Notes: generated by a model from the letters alone, not told the origin. Numbered from the stretch's first letter, positions 29,148 through 40,800 are shown. The stretch: DNA of 64,000 bases from an uncultured Chloroflexia bacterium (GCA_963748625.1 CAVVJT010000004.1:320001-384000); one strand, 5' to 3'. Numbers and translations: made by a program.

Positions 29148-29795
29148 ATGTCCCCACGGACGTCGCTCTCGCCCGAGCTGCTCGCCGGCCTCCTTGCCGA
29201 CGGTGACGACGAGCTCGCCGCCTGGACGCTGCGCCATGCCCTCGAGGAGCGCTCCCGCGCAGAGGTCTTCGACGGCATCCTCCGCCAGGCGATGGCCCTC
29301 GTCGGCGAGCGCTGGCGGACCGGCCAGTGGACGATCGCCGAGGAGCACCTGGCATCCCGGACGCTCCTCCGCACGCTGGAGCGGATCCGGCCCGAGTTGA
29401 GCCCGGAGGGGCGCGTCGGCCCCATGGCGGTGCTGGCCGGCGTCGCGGGCGAGCATCACATGATCGGCCTGGTCTGCCTGGAGCAGGTGCTCGCGGAGGA
29501 CGGCTGGACCGTCGCCAACCTGGGAGCCGACCTGCCGGCGACGGACCTCGGCACGTTCGTGCGACGCAACGAGGTCGACCTCGTCTGTCTCTCCGCCACC
29601 CATCCGGATCGTGTCGGCCAGCTCGCCGATTCCGTCGAGGCGGTCCGCGCTGCCGGCGGTACACGGGAGATCGCGGTGCTCATCGGCGGTCACATCGCCG
29701 GGGTGCCCAACCTCGCCTCAACGCTCGAGGTCGAGGTGGTCCACTCGGTCGGCGAAGCGGTGCGGGCCGCGGCGAGGCATCGCCCGAGCGCCTGA
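29148..29795 (+). CDS. Stand-alone cobalamin-binding protein (four-helix cap + Rossmann domain, CarH/LitR sensor-type)
   Basis: VGERWRTGQWTIAEEH (W-x9-EH), GEHHMIG, LGADLP, LSAT, IGG. Confidence 0.82.
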   Translation: MSPRTSLSPELLAGLLADGDDELAAWTLRHALEERSRAEVFDGILRQAMALVGERWRTGQWTIAEEHLASRTLLRTLERIRPELSPEGRVGPMAVLAGVAGEHHMIGLVCLEQVLAEDGWTVANLGADLPATDLGTFVRRNEVDLVCLSATHPDRVGQLADSVEAVRAAGGTREIAVLIGGHIAGVPNLASTLEVEVVHSVGEAVRAAARHRPSA

Positions 29796-29812
29796 CCACG
29801 CCTCGGGCCCGA

Positions 29813-31591
<1,779 letters not shown>

Positions 31592-31648
31592 GGTCCGGCG
31601 ACGCTACCACATCGCGCGTCCCGTGCCGCGCCCGCGCTGCCCGCGGCG

Positions 31649-32254
31649 TCAGCGGTCGCCGAAGAGCTCAAGCAGGCCGGCGATCCGGGCGTCGCCCATG
31701 TTGGCAGCCAGCAGTGCGAAGACGCGGCCATCCGCGGGCGAGGACCAAGCCACGACGGTTTGCGCAGACCCGTCCGCACCGACCACATCCAGGCGCACGG
31801 CCGGCCTGCCGGCGACGGTGACGTCGCTCACCTCGTACGTGTCGGCACTCCGCAGCGCCCGAGCGCCGGCCTCGTAGAACTCCACCATCTGCTCGGGATC
31901 GAGACCGTCAGCATCGAACACGGCGACCGTGAACCCACTCGCCCCGCCGGTCTCCCAGGTCGCCCCTCCGAACCTGAGCTCCTCGATGCCGTGGGTCGCC
32001 AGCGTTCCGAGCGACGCGGAGGTGCAGGTCCTGCCGGACTGCGTGCTCGCGGGCTGCTGGTCCTCCCAGGCGTTCGGCAGCAGCGCCTCGAGCTCCGGGT
32101 AGGCGCCGGGCCGCTGGCCGTCCTGGGTGCACGGGCCTTGCGGGTCGAACGAGACCGCCGGGTCCGAGGCGCCTGGACTGCAGGCACCGATCGCCGCCGT
32201 CACGAGCAGGGCGCCCACAACCCGCAGAAGTCGGGCGGGGAGGATCGGGGGCAT
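31649..32254 (-). CDS. Putative lipoprotein
   Basis: LLRVVGALLVTAAIGA-C lipobox; TACGCT -10 hexamer before the ATG. Confidence 0.7.
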   Translation of the reverse strand: MPPILPARLLRVVGALLVTAAIGACSPGASDPAVSFDPQGPCTQDGQRPGAYPELEALLPNAWEDQQPASTQSGRTCTSASLGTLATHGIEELRFGGATWETGGASGFTVAVFDADGLDPEQMVEFYEAGARALRSADTYEVSDVTVAGRPAVRLDVVGADGSAQTVVAWSSPADGRVFALLAANMGDARIAGLLELFGDR

Positions 32255-32421
32255 CGGCACAAGCGTAGCCGCACCTCCCCGAATGCGCCGTGAGAGCCCG
32301 GTCGTCATGGCCCAGGCGGCCATTGGTCCGGGCGGTGCGCCAGCGCAGCGGACCTTCGCTTTGCCCACCCATGACCCACTGGCCATTGAGGCCGTGTCTG
32401 GCGGGGGCGTACGGTGCACCT

Positions 32422-32655
32422 GCGTTCGAAGCGCGCCGACCCACGGCGAACCGGGGACCACCTGGGGCGTCGACCACGGACCAGCAGGCAGGACGACCCG
32501 GCCATTGGGGACGCTCGATGGCCCGGGGGAACCGAAGCCTGGGTCACGAGTCGAGTAACAGGGCACGGCCAGCAGGCCCGGAGCCATGGGCGGCTGCACT
32601 GATCAGGCGTTATCCGTACCCCCGGGGCATCGTCCCACCCGGGGGTACTTTCTTG
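32422..32655 (+). ncRNA. Candidate unannotated structured small RNA
   Basis: TTGAGG-N18-TACGGT promoter at 32386-32415, internal helices, and a plus-polarity terminator at 32616-32657; no convincing CDS. Confidence 0.4.
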
Positions 32656-32657
32656 TT
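32616..32657 (+). terminator. Intrinsic terminator
   Basis: GTACCCCCGGG...CCCGGGGGTAC stem followed by TTTCTTGTT. Confidence 0.7.
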
Positions 32658-32741
32658 GGCGGCCGGCGCAGCGTGCGCGGGCTGCGTCATACGTGCGAGC
32701 GGCGTCATACGGGCGGTGGCGTCAGGCGGGCGAGCGGCGGC

Positions 32742-33482
32742 CTAGCGGAACGGGTTGGACTGCCAGCCCGGGCGCGGGGGACGGTGCTGGCGCTGGATCC
32801 CCCGCCGGTCCAGCTCTGCGGCGATGACCTTCGCCGCGGCGGCGACGTCGGGATCGCGTGTCACCGTTGTCGCCAGCCAGTCGATGTAGGACGGCTCGAA
32901 GGCTGCGATCTCACCCAAGGTGTGCCCATGGAACTTGCCGAACGCCACCTCGAGCACGAGGGCGTCGTCAAGCGGCGGCGGCGGGCGGAGCGGATGGTCG
33001 GGGAGACGGTCCCGCTGGGCCGGGCTCGACGGCTGCGAGGCACGCAGCTCGGGCGTGGACCGGTCGTGGCGCAGCGGAGGCTGGCCCGTGAGGGGGAGCC
33101 GGACACCAGGTGGGGTGGTGACCTGGTTGCGCGGACGATACGTGCCGCTCGTGTCCACCCGCCCGGTCACCGGGCGCGTGGATGGCGATGCAGGCGGGCC
33201 ACCCGCCACACCGGCAGGTCCAGCACTCGATGCCTCGGACCGGCGACGGGCCTCTTCGGCCTCGCGACGCGCACGTCGGCTCGCGGCGTCCCCCCTTGTC
33301 AGGGCGGTGTACGCCGTGTTGATCTCTGCCATGCGGCGCGTCGCCCGCCGGGCGACATCCGGATCGTCCCCGATCAGGTCCGGGTGATGCCGGCGCGCCA
33401 GCGTGCGCCACGCGGCCTTGATCTCATCGAGCGAGGCGCCGGACTCGACTCCGAGCACGACGTGCGGATCCTTGGGCGGCAC
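32742..33482 (-). CDS. J-domain protein with C-terminal DUF3820-like (FGK...YxxWL) domain
   Basis: DPHVVLGV...IKAAWR..ARRHHPD...INTAY; FGKFHGHTLGEIAAFEPSYIDWL. Confidence 0.85.
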   Translation of the reverse strand: MPPKDPHVVLGVESGASLDEIKAAWRTLARRHHPDLIGDDPDVARRATRRMAEINTAYTALTRGDAASRRARREAEEARRRSEASSAGPAGVAGGPPASPSTRPVTGRVDTSGTYRPRNQVTTPPGVRLPLTGQPPLRHDRSTPELRASQPSSPAQRDRLPDHPLRPPPPLDDALVLEVAFGKFHGHTLGEIAAFEPSYIDWLATTVTRDPDVAAAAKVIAAELDRRGIQRQHRPPRPGWQSNPFR

Positions 33483-33549
33483 TGGCCCAGTCTATCGCCG
33501 GAGCCGGGGCCGCTTGACAGCACCGGGCCCACGGGAGTCCGATTCGGGC

Positions 33550-34626
33550 ATGCTCCCCGCCCGTGGCGCCCGGCTGGCCGCGATTGCCGCCATCACCGCC
33601 ATTCCGATCATGCTCGCCTACCGGTTCGCGCTCATCTACCGCGTGCGTGCCGGCTACCCGCGCCCGCATCCGCTCACGCACACGCCCTCGGCGCTCGGGC
33701 TCCCATGGGAGGCCGTGGAGGTGCCGGGGATGCCCGGTGATCCCTCGCTTCCCGCGTGGTTCATCCCGGCCACCTTCGCGCCGGCCCCGGGCGTGGTGCT
33801 CGTCCACGGCTGGGAGAGCGCCCGGGACCGCCTGCTCCCCCATGCCCAATTCCTGCATGCCGCCGGGTTCCACGTCCTGCTCTTCGACGTCCGGGGCTGC
33901 GGCGCCAACCTGCCCGAGACGCTGCCGGTGTCGGTGGGCGAGTTCGCGGCCGACACGCGGGCGGCCGTCGGGTGGCTGGCCGCACGGCCCGGGGTCTCGC
34001 AGGTGGGCGTCGTCGGCCACTCGATGGGGGCGTCGGGGGCGCTGGTCGCGGCGGCCGCCGATCCCCGCATCGCGGCCGTCGTCGCCCTGTCAACGCCGGC
34101 TGCCCCGGAACGTCTCACGCGTCAGACGTTCCGCCTCGCCAACCTGCCGATCCCCTCCCCGATCGCGTGGCCGCTCGCGTGGCTCACCACGCGCGTGTAC
34201 CTGCGGCCGCGCGGCCACCGTGTCGCGGATGTGAGCGCCACGAACGCCGTCCGCGCGATCACGGCGCCCGTGCTGCTCGTGCACGGCGCCGACGACCGGA
34301 TCGTCCCGCTCCATGACCTCGCCCGCCTTGCCGCGGCGCGCCGCCGCGCGCAGCCGGCCGCCGTCACGGAAACCCTGGTCGTCCCAGAGGGACGCCACTC
34401 ATGGCTCTACGAGTTCGACGCATTCCGGGGGGCAGTTGCACGCTTCCTCGCTGTCCACCTGGGTGGGCCACTTGAGCCGGACACCGCCGCCGAGGCTGCC
34501 CGGGCCGTCCGCGCAGAGCGCCTCCCGGAGCCCGAACGCCTGTCCGCTGTGGACGAGGAGCCGGGCGGCCTGCGCTCCCTGCTCACGCTGCTGCGCCCGG
34601 CGGCAACCCGCAAACCCAACCCCTGA
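33550..34626 (+). CDS. Alpha/beta hydrolase with N-terminal anchor
   Basis: LVHGW, FDVRGCG, GHSMG, VHGADDRIVP, GRH catalytic triad. Confidence 0.88.
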   Translation: MLPARGARLAAIAAITAIPIMLAYRFALIYRVRAGYPRPHPLTHTPSALGLPWEAVEVPGMPGDPSLPAWFIPATFAPAPGVVLVHGWESARDRLLPHAQFLHAAGFHVLLFDVRGCGANLPETLPVSVGEFAADTRAAVGWLAARPGVSQVGVVGHSMGASGALVAAAADPRIAAVVALSTPAAPERLTRQTFRLANLPIPSPIAWPLAWLTTRVYLRPRGHRVADVSATNAVRAITAPVLLVHGADDRIVPLHDLARLAAARRRAQPAAVTETLVVPEGRHSWLYEFDAFRGAVARFLAVHLGGPLEPDTAAEAARAVRAERLPEPERLSAVDEEPGGLRSLLTLLRPAATRKPNP

Positions 34627-34639
34627 CGAGGTCCGCCCG

Positions 34640-35179
34640 ATGAACACCTGGGACGCCGTCCACGCCAAGCGCGCCGTCCGCGATTTCGCTGACCGGCCGA
34701 TCGAGCCGGAGTTGCTCGAGCGCATCGTCCGCGCGGGCGCCCGCGCCCACTCCTCCAAGAACCAGCAGCGCTGGGCGTTCGTGGTGGTCGAGGATCGCGC
34801 CCGCCTTCAGGCCCTGGGCGGCACCGGCCCGTACGCGGGCCACGTCGCAGGCGCGGCGGCGGCCGTCGCCCTGGTCACACCGGACCCGCGCGCGGACGGC
34901 CAGCCACTCTCGATCATGTGGGACCTCGGCGGCGCGGCGGCCCAGATGATGCTCGTGGCGTGGGAGGCTGGGATCGGGAGCTGCCCGGCCACCGTGTACG
35001 ACCAGCCGCTGGTCCACGAGATCCTGGGTCTTCCGGATGACCGCTGGTGCGAGTACATCCTGTCGTTCGGCTACCCGGCGGACCCGACCAGCCTGACCGC
35101 GCCGCTGCGGCCTGGCGGCCGCCACCCACTGGACGAGCTTGTCCACCACGAGCGCTGGGGAACGCCCGCCAGGGACTGA
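34640..35179 (+). CDS. Nitroreductase family protein
   Basis: KRAVRDF, AHSSKNQQRWAF, DLGGAAAQMML.AWEAGIGSC, FGYP. Confidence 0.9.
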   Translation: MNTWDAVHAKRAVRDFADRPIEPELLERIVRAGARAHSSKNQQRWAFVVVEDRARLQALGGTGPYAGHVAGAAAAVALVTPDPRADGQPLSIMWDLGGAAAQMMLVAWEAGIGSCPATVYDQPLVHEILGLPDDRWCEYILSFGYPADPTSLTAPLRPGGRHPLDELVHHERWGTPARD

Positions 35180-35213
35180 TCGCCTCGTTGCCACAAGGCC
35201 GCCGTCTGCAGGT

Positions 35214-36482
35214 CTACGGAAGCGGGTCGTCCATCTCCACGTCGAGCGCCTCGAGCGCAGCCTCGGCGATGTCGCCCTCCCCGACCGGTTGCTCGGGGGC
35301 GGGCGCGCCTTCGGCCACATATGACTCGATCGCCGTCTCCAGGCCGATGTCGCCTCCGGACTCCTCGGACAGCAGCCACTTGTGCTCGAGGACGTCGCAG
35401 TACGCCTGGACCAGGTCCCGGTCCGGTCCCACGAAGGCGGTGATGCGCGCCAGCGTGGGCCGATAGACCTCGCGCAGCCAGCGGTCGGCAGCATCCTCGA
35501 CTGCCACCGCGGTCTCCTCGTCGTACTCGAGCCAGGCGTGGTACTCCGCGATGTCGTTGAGCAGCATGCGGGCCTGGCCCTCGAGCGCCCGCAGGCGCGT
35601 CCGCCGCTCCAGCTCGTTGGCGTGGTACCGGCGCGTCGTCACCGATGAGTGCAGGCGCACCCGCCGGCCGCCCTCGACGGGCTCCACCCGGAGGTCCACA
35701 GAGAAGCCGAGGTCGTTGAGCCTCCGCAGGCGGGACCGGATCGCCTGCCGGTCACCAGGGATGAGCTCCGGCTGGTCGCTCAGCTCCGCCCATACAGCCT
35801 GGTACCGGGTCCGGACGGACTCCGCCCGCTCGATCGCGAGGTCCACCCAGTCGTCCTCGCCCAGGTACATGGCGAGGTCGGCCAGGCCGAAGGCGACGTT
35901 CTCCACGAGGATGTCGAGATCGAACCCGCGCTGGCCCTCGGAGAGCGAGGGGTGGATCTCGGACGTCTCGGCGTCCACCAGGTAGGCCTGGATCCGGTCC
36001 CCATCACGCCGGAAGAGCGTGTTCGCGAGCGAGCAGTCCCCCCAGTACACGCCGCTGCGATGGAGGTCCACCAGCAGCAGCGCCATCGCATCGAGCAGCC
36101 GGTTGAGGAACCCGGGCGAGATCGTGCGCAGGCGCATGAGCAGGCGCCGGTACTGCATCGAGTGGCGCAGGTACTCGGTGACGAGCACGGCATCACCGTT
36201 GTCGGACCGCAGCGCAAGGCCGACCGCCCGAACGGCCGGCAGGCCGGCATCCTCGAGCGAGCGGAGGGCGTCGTACTCGCGCTCCGCGACGGCCGAAGGC
36301 AGCTCCTTGAGGGCGTACACGATCCCGCCCGACACGAGGAACCTGACGAGGTGCCGGGACGGTCCGACGGGAAGCCTGCGGAACTGGAATCCCGCGTCGT
36401 CCCACTCGGCGAGCGGCACCTCCCATGGGAGATCGAGGAGCGACGCGACCTCGTTGCGCAGCCGGAGATGCGGGAACGTCAC
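35214..36482 (-). CDS. DUF4032 domain / LPS-kinase-like protein
   Basis: LLDLPWEVPL, GPSRHLVRF, YWGDCSLANTLFRRD, AYLVDAETSE, VLEHKWLLSE. Confidence 0.85.
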   Translation of the reverse strand: MTFPHLRLRNEVASLLDLPWEVPLAEWDDAGFQFRRLPVGPSRHLVRFLVSGGIVYALKELPSAVAEREYDALRSLEDAGLPAVRAVGLALRSDNGDAVLVTEYLRHSMQYRRLLMRLRTISPGFLNRLLDAMALLLVDLHRSGVYWGDCSLANTLFRRDGDRIQAYLVDAETSEIHPSLSEGQRGFDLDILVENVAFGLADLAMYLGEDDWVDLAIERAESVRTRYQAVWAELSDQPELIPGDRQAIRSRLRRLNDLGFSVDLRVEPVEGGRRVRLHSSVTTRRYHANELERRTRLRALEGQARMLLNDIAEYHAWLEYDEETAVAVEDAADRWLREVYRPTLARITAFVGPDRDLVQAYCDVLEHKWLLSEESGGDIGLETAIESYVAEGAPAPEQPVGEGDIAEAALEALDVEMDDPLP

Positions 36483-36575
36483 GATCCGGCGCCGGCGTCG
36501 CGGCGGCCCCGGACTGGGTGGCTCACCTGGCTGCGGCGCCCGGCTGGCACACCCGGTGGCGCCGGGGCGGCGCGG

Positions 36576-37016
36576 TCAGGGGCGCTTGCGCAGGTACGCC
36601 GCAAGGTTCGCGTCGTAGCCGAGCGACTCGAACAGGCGTCGGGCGTCCGGGCGGTGGTGGCCCGCGGTCACCTCCATGAAGGAGGCGCCGGAGGCGAGCG
36701 CGACCTGCTCCGCCTCGTTCATCAGCAGGCGCCCGATGCCCCGCTCGCGGACACCGGGGTCCACCACGAGGGCGACGATCCGCCCGAAGCGCTCGTCCAC
36801 CTCGAAGCGCGGCAGGATGTGGAAGGCGACAAACCCCACCACCTCCCCGCCCGCGACGGCCGAGAGCACCTTGGACTCGGCGGTCGAGAACTGGGCGATG
36901 CGTGCGGCAAGGTCGGTGGACCCTGCGGGATATCCCTCGTCGGTGAGCAGGCTGGCGAAGCGGTCGGCATCGTCGGCCGTGGCCTCGCGGACGGTGACTG
37001 CGGCTGCGTCATTCAT
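36576..37016 (-). CDS. GNAT acetyltransferase
   Basis: LVVDPGVRERGIGRLLM; ARRLFESLGY. Confidence 0.88.
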   Translation of the reverse strand: MNDAAAVTVREATADDADRFASLLTDEGYPAGSTDLAARIAQFSTAESKVLSAVAGGEVVGFVAFHILPRFEVDERFGRIVALVVDPGVRERGIGRLLMNEAEQVALASGASFMEVTAGHHRPDARRLFESLGYDANLAAYLRKRP

Positions 37017-37801
37017 GCGCCGATGGTACTCGCCTGCGCCCCGGAGGATGGTGGCGTCTGGTGAGCGGAGACCATCACGTGCGGTCCGGCGGCGGGCGCA
37101 CCCGCCAGCGCCACCTGCAGCCCGAAGGGACCGGGTTCGGGGGCACCGCGGAGGGCGATGCCGCGGGCGGTGGCGACCGCCAGCCACGCGTCGAGGCCAT
37201 CGGGCGCCGCCAGGTAGAGCGCGCATGGACCTTCGCCGTCCCTGGCCAGCGATGCGGCGGCGCGGCCCTCGGTGGATGGCTCGACCAGCGCGATCCAGGC
37301 CCCGGGCAGGGAGCCGGCGCCACGGAGGCGGATACGGGCACCCAGGTGCGGGTCGACGACGTCGGGCGGGCGACCGGGTGGGGCCGGGTCGAGCCACATG
37401 TCGAGGTCTGCCTCTGCGCGGTCCGTGTCAACGGTGGCCCAGCCGATGGCGACGAGGACGAGCGGCACCGCGCCGTCTGCCGAACGGTCGGCCGCGCCGT
37501 GTGCCGAACGCTCGGCCGCGCCGTGTGCCGAACGCTCGGCCGCGCCGGGCGTCTCGACCCGTGCCAGCTCCTCGCCGCCGGGCACCGGCTCCAGCACCAG
37601 CCTGCCCGCGGTCGTCGGGTTGTCGGCCGGTCCTTCCCGGACCCACGGCCGGACCTCCAGGTACGCCGTGCCCATGTCCAGCAGCCAGGCGTCAGCCACG
37701 AGGCCGCCTGGGTGAGCCACCACGCCGAACCGCAGCGCGAGGTCCGCCGCCAGCGTCGCGGGTTCGGCGGTCTGCCAGGTGAGGCGTGCCCAGAAGCTCA
37801 T
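37013..37801 (-). CDS. VOC/glyoxalase-like hypothetical protein (MSFWARL...)
   Basis: ATGA overlaps at both ends; IGWATVDTDRA, IALVEPSTEGR..ASLARDGEGPCALYL. Confidence 0.6.
   Translation of the reverse strand: MSFWARLTWQTAEPATLAADLALRFGVVAHPGGLVADAWLLDMGTAYLEVRPWVREGPADNPTTAGRLVLEPVPGGEELARVETPGAAERSAHGAAERSAHGAADRSADGAVPLVLVAIGWATVDTDRAEADLDMWLDPAPPGRPPDVVDPHLGARIRLRGAGSLPGAWIALVEPSTEGRAAASLARDGEGPCALYLAAPDGLDAWLAVATARGIALRGAPEPGPFGLQVALAGAPAAGPHVMVSAHQTPPSSGAQASTIGA
37468..37547. repeat. In-frame 24-bp tandem repeat, about 3.3 copies (AAERSAHG)
   Basis: CCGCGCCGT(C/G)TGCCGAACG(G/C)TCGG repeated. Confidence 0.85.
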
Positions 37802-38629
37802 TCGAGCAGCATGTCCGGACTCTCGCCCAAGGTGGCGAAGCCCAGGCGCTCGTACAGGCGAAGCGCCGGCGCTGTTGCCGCTGTGGACGCCGAGGTACAC
37901 GATGCCCGGCGACCGGCCCGTCCCGATCGCCACCGCATGGCGCGTCGCAATCGCTGCGAGGCCGCGTCCCCGGAATGCCTCGCGCGTGCCAATGGACGAG
38001 AGGTACGTCATGCCATCGAAGGTCGTCGCCTTCGCGCATGCGGCCGGCTCCCCGCCGACCCTGACCAGCACGACCGCGATCCTCGGATCACCGAGGGTGC
38101 GGCGCAGGTCATCGGCAAGGGCGGGTGCCCGTCCCGGCGCAGCACCGAACGACTCCGCGAGGACAAGGCCCATGTCGTCGAGATCGTCCGGCCCGGCGTC
38201 AGCCGGGGCGCGGACGCCGCGGACCGTGACGTCGCGGCCGGCCTCACCGGCGGCCAGGGGACCGCACAGCGCCGGCTGGTCAAGGACCATGACGTGCCCG
38301 CCCCCGATGTTCACGAACCCGCTCGCGCTCAGGCGATCGATGAGGTCGCCCGGCGTTCCGTGCACGGGCGACGGCCAGATGTGCGGCTGCCGCCCGAGGC
38401 TCGCGAACAGGGCCAGCATCGCCGTCATCCGCTGGCCGAAGCCGTTGTCGTCCGCCGGCCAGCGCACGCTGGCCATGCGGTTCCAGAAGGGGTCGGGGTC
38501 CGACGGATCGAAGAGGACGACGGCATGGCCGAGGTCACGAAGCTCACGCCTCGGGATCGCGTGTGACGCGGTCTCGTGGCGTTCGAGGGCACGCATGGTG
38601 GCGTCGTCCGTGGTGGCGTGGCGGATCAC
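37798..38629 (-). CDS. GNAT acetyltransferase with a +1 frameshift near 37873
   Basis: IGTREAFRGRGLA...YLGVHSGN continues as PALRLYERLGF in the adjacent frame (ORF 37798..37992); one extra base. Confidence 0.75.
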
Positions 38630-38675
38630 CAGCCCACCATACCGGGCACTGGTCAGCGCGTTGCGCGCTGCGGCC

Positions 38676-39686
38676 CTACCCCCGTCGCGCGACGATCGCC
38701 GACGCGCCCGATCGCAGGTCGATCAGCTCGGGCACGACGGTGCCGGCGTCGGCGAACCAGCCAAGCGCCTCGGATCGGGTGACCAGCCTCGTCCCCTGCA
38801 GCAGCTCGTCGAGCTGGATCCCTGCGACCAGCTCCGCGTGCCGCGTGCGCAGCTCGTCCGGATCCGACGGGAGGTACCAGTCAAGCACCACGAGCGTCCC
38901 ACCCGGCGCCAGCGACGCCCACGCTGAGCGCAGGGCGGCGACTGGGTCCGGGAGCTGGTGCAGCGCGTACTGGAAGTACGCCATTCCGAACTCGCCCGTG
39001 TGGCCCATGGCCGTCACGTCGCCCTGCTCGATCGTGATCCGCCCCGTGAGGGCGGCGGCGGCCACATTGGCCCGCGCCCGCTCCACCGAGTCCGGCTCGA
39101 ACTCGACGCCGACCAGCGTGGCCTCCGGGAAGCGGCGGGCCATCGCGATGAGCCAGCGCCCCCCGCCGCAGTGGACGTCGAGAATCCGCGCCCCGGGCAC
39201 CAGGTCCAGGACCAGCTGGGGCACGGCGGGCAGCAGCTCCTGGAAGAAGACCCCGATGTCCTGGACGGTCAGGCGCTCGATCGCCACCCGGTAGCGGTCC
39301 GGACGCTGCGGCTGCGGCACGCCAGTGCGGAACACATCCAGCAGGCCGCCGAAGTCCAGGCTGCCGGTCGCCGCATGCAGCAGTTGGCCGCCCAGGTACT
39401 CGGGCCGCTGCGCATCCAGCAGGACCGCCGCAACATCCTCGGCGACGGTCACGGTCCCGTCCGTCAGGGCCACGAGGTCGTGGGCGTCGGCTCCCCAGAC
39501 CCACCTGCCCACCAGCGCGGGCGACGTACCAGTCCTGGCGGCGAGCTCCTCGACCGAGAGCCCGACGGCTCCGGCCTCACGCAGGCGCGCGAGCAACCCG
39601 AGCTCCAGCCCGGTGTACACGTACCAGGTCCGGTAGAAGCCGCCGAGGCTGGCAACCAGGTCGTCGAAGCGGTCGTCGAGGCGCAT
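38676..39686 (-). CDS. Class I SAM-dependent methyltransferase with N-terminal wHTH/dimerisation domain
   Basis: GLELGLL...ELAARTG; ILDVHCGGG, LVGVE, EQGD, LAPGG. Confidence 0.85.
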   Translation of the reverse strand: MRLDDRFDDLVASLGGFYRTWYVYTGLELGLLARLREAGAVGLSVEELAARTGTSPALVGRWVWGADAHDLVALTDGTVTVAEDVAAVLLDAQRPEYLGGQLLHAATGSLDFGGLLDVFRTGVPQPQRPDRYRVAIERLTVQDIGVFFQELLPAVPQLVLDLVPGARILDVHCGGGRWLIAMARRFPEATLVGVEFEPDSVERARANVAAAALTGRITIEQGDVTAMGHTGEFGMAYFQYALHQLPDPVAALRSAWASLAPGGTLVVLDWYLPSDPDELRTRHAELVAGIQLDELLQGTRLVTRSEALGWFADAGTVVPELIDLRSGASAIVARRG

Positions 39687-39840
39687 GGCCGCATTGTGGC
39701 ATGCGGATTCGCACTCGGGTGGCCGCCGCGCCACACGTCGGGCCCTGCTCCGGACGGGCAATAGTCTTGGCCTACTCCGCTAGCACAAGTGAGCGGTCAC
39801 CACGTACACTCCCGCTCTTCGCCGCCGCCCGGAGCCTCGC

Positions 39841-40800
39841 GTGAGCCGACCACCCGCCAGCCCCATCGCCGTCTGGGCCGGCATCCTCGTGCTCTACCTC
39901 GTCTGGGGTTCCACGTACCTCGGGATGAAGGTCGCGATGGACTCGCTGGAGCCCTTCGTGATGGGCGCGTTCCGGTTCATCCCGGCGGGGATCCTGCTGA
40001 CCGCCTTTGTTGCCATCCGCCAACGGGCAACCATCCGTCGGCCCACGATGGTCGGCATCCGCGACAGCGCGATCGTCGGCGGCTTCCTGCTCGTCGGGGG
40101 CGCTGGGCTTGTGGCATGGGGCGAGCAGACGATCCCCACCGGAATCGCAGCGCTGCTGATCGGCCTGATGCCGATGTGGCTGGCCATCTTCGGCCGGGTC
40201 CTGCTCGGCGAGCGGATCCAGCCGCTCATCGGGCTGGGCATCGTGATCGGCGTCGCGGGCGTGGCGATCCTGGCGTGGCCCGTGGACGGCGTCGGACCGC
40301 TCGACCCGGCGGGCCTCGCGGCACTGATCGTCTCGCCGATCCTGTGGGCGCTCGGCACGCTGTACGCCGCACGGCGGGCCGTGCTCCCGGCGCCCGCCCT
40401 GTTCGCCACGGGTATCGAGATGATCGCCGGCGGGCTGCTGTTCCTGGTGGTGGCGTTCATCACGGGTGAGACCGCGGGCTTCGACCTCGGCGCCGTGACC
40501 ACCACGAGCTGGCTGGGCATCGGCTACCTGGTGTTCGTGGGCAGCCTCGTGGGCTACACGACGTTCTCGTGGCTCATCACCGTGGCCCCGTTGCCGCGCA
40601 TCACGACCTATGCCTACGTCAACCCGGTCGTGGCGGTGATCCTGGGCTCGATCATCCTCGACGAGCAGCTCACCCCGCGGACGATCATCGCCGCCGCGGT
40701 GATCACCCTGGCGGTCATCCTGATCGTGACCGCCCGCGGACGGTCGGCGGTCTCGGCGGCCGCACCCGGCCGCGTGGTGGTGGCCCCGGCAGGCGACTGA
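39841..40800 (+). CDS. EamA/DMT family transporter
   Basis: YLVWGSTY, RF, GIAALL, YLVFVGS, TYAYVNPVVAV; about 10 TMs. Confidence 0.92.
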   Translation: MSRPPASPIAVWAGILVLYLVWGSTYLGMKVAMDSLEPFVMGAFRFIPAGILLTAFVAIRQRATIRRPTMVGIRDSAIVGGFLLVGGAGLVAWGEQTIPTGIAALLIGLMPMWLAIFGRVLLGERIQPLIGLGIVIGVAGVAILAWPVDGVGPLDPAGLAALIVSPILWALGTLYAARRAVLPAPALFATGIEMIAGGLLFLVVAFITGETAGFDLGAVTTTSWLGIGYLVFVGSLVGYTTFSWLITVAPLPRITTYAYVNPVVAVILGSIILDEQLTPRTIIAAAVITLAVILIVTARGRSAVSAAAPGRVVVAPAGD

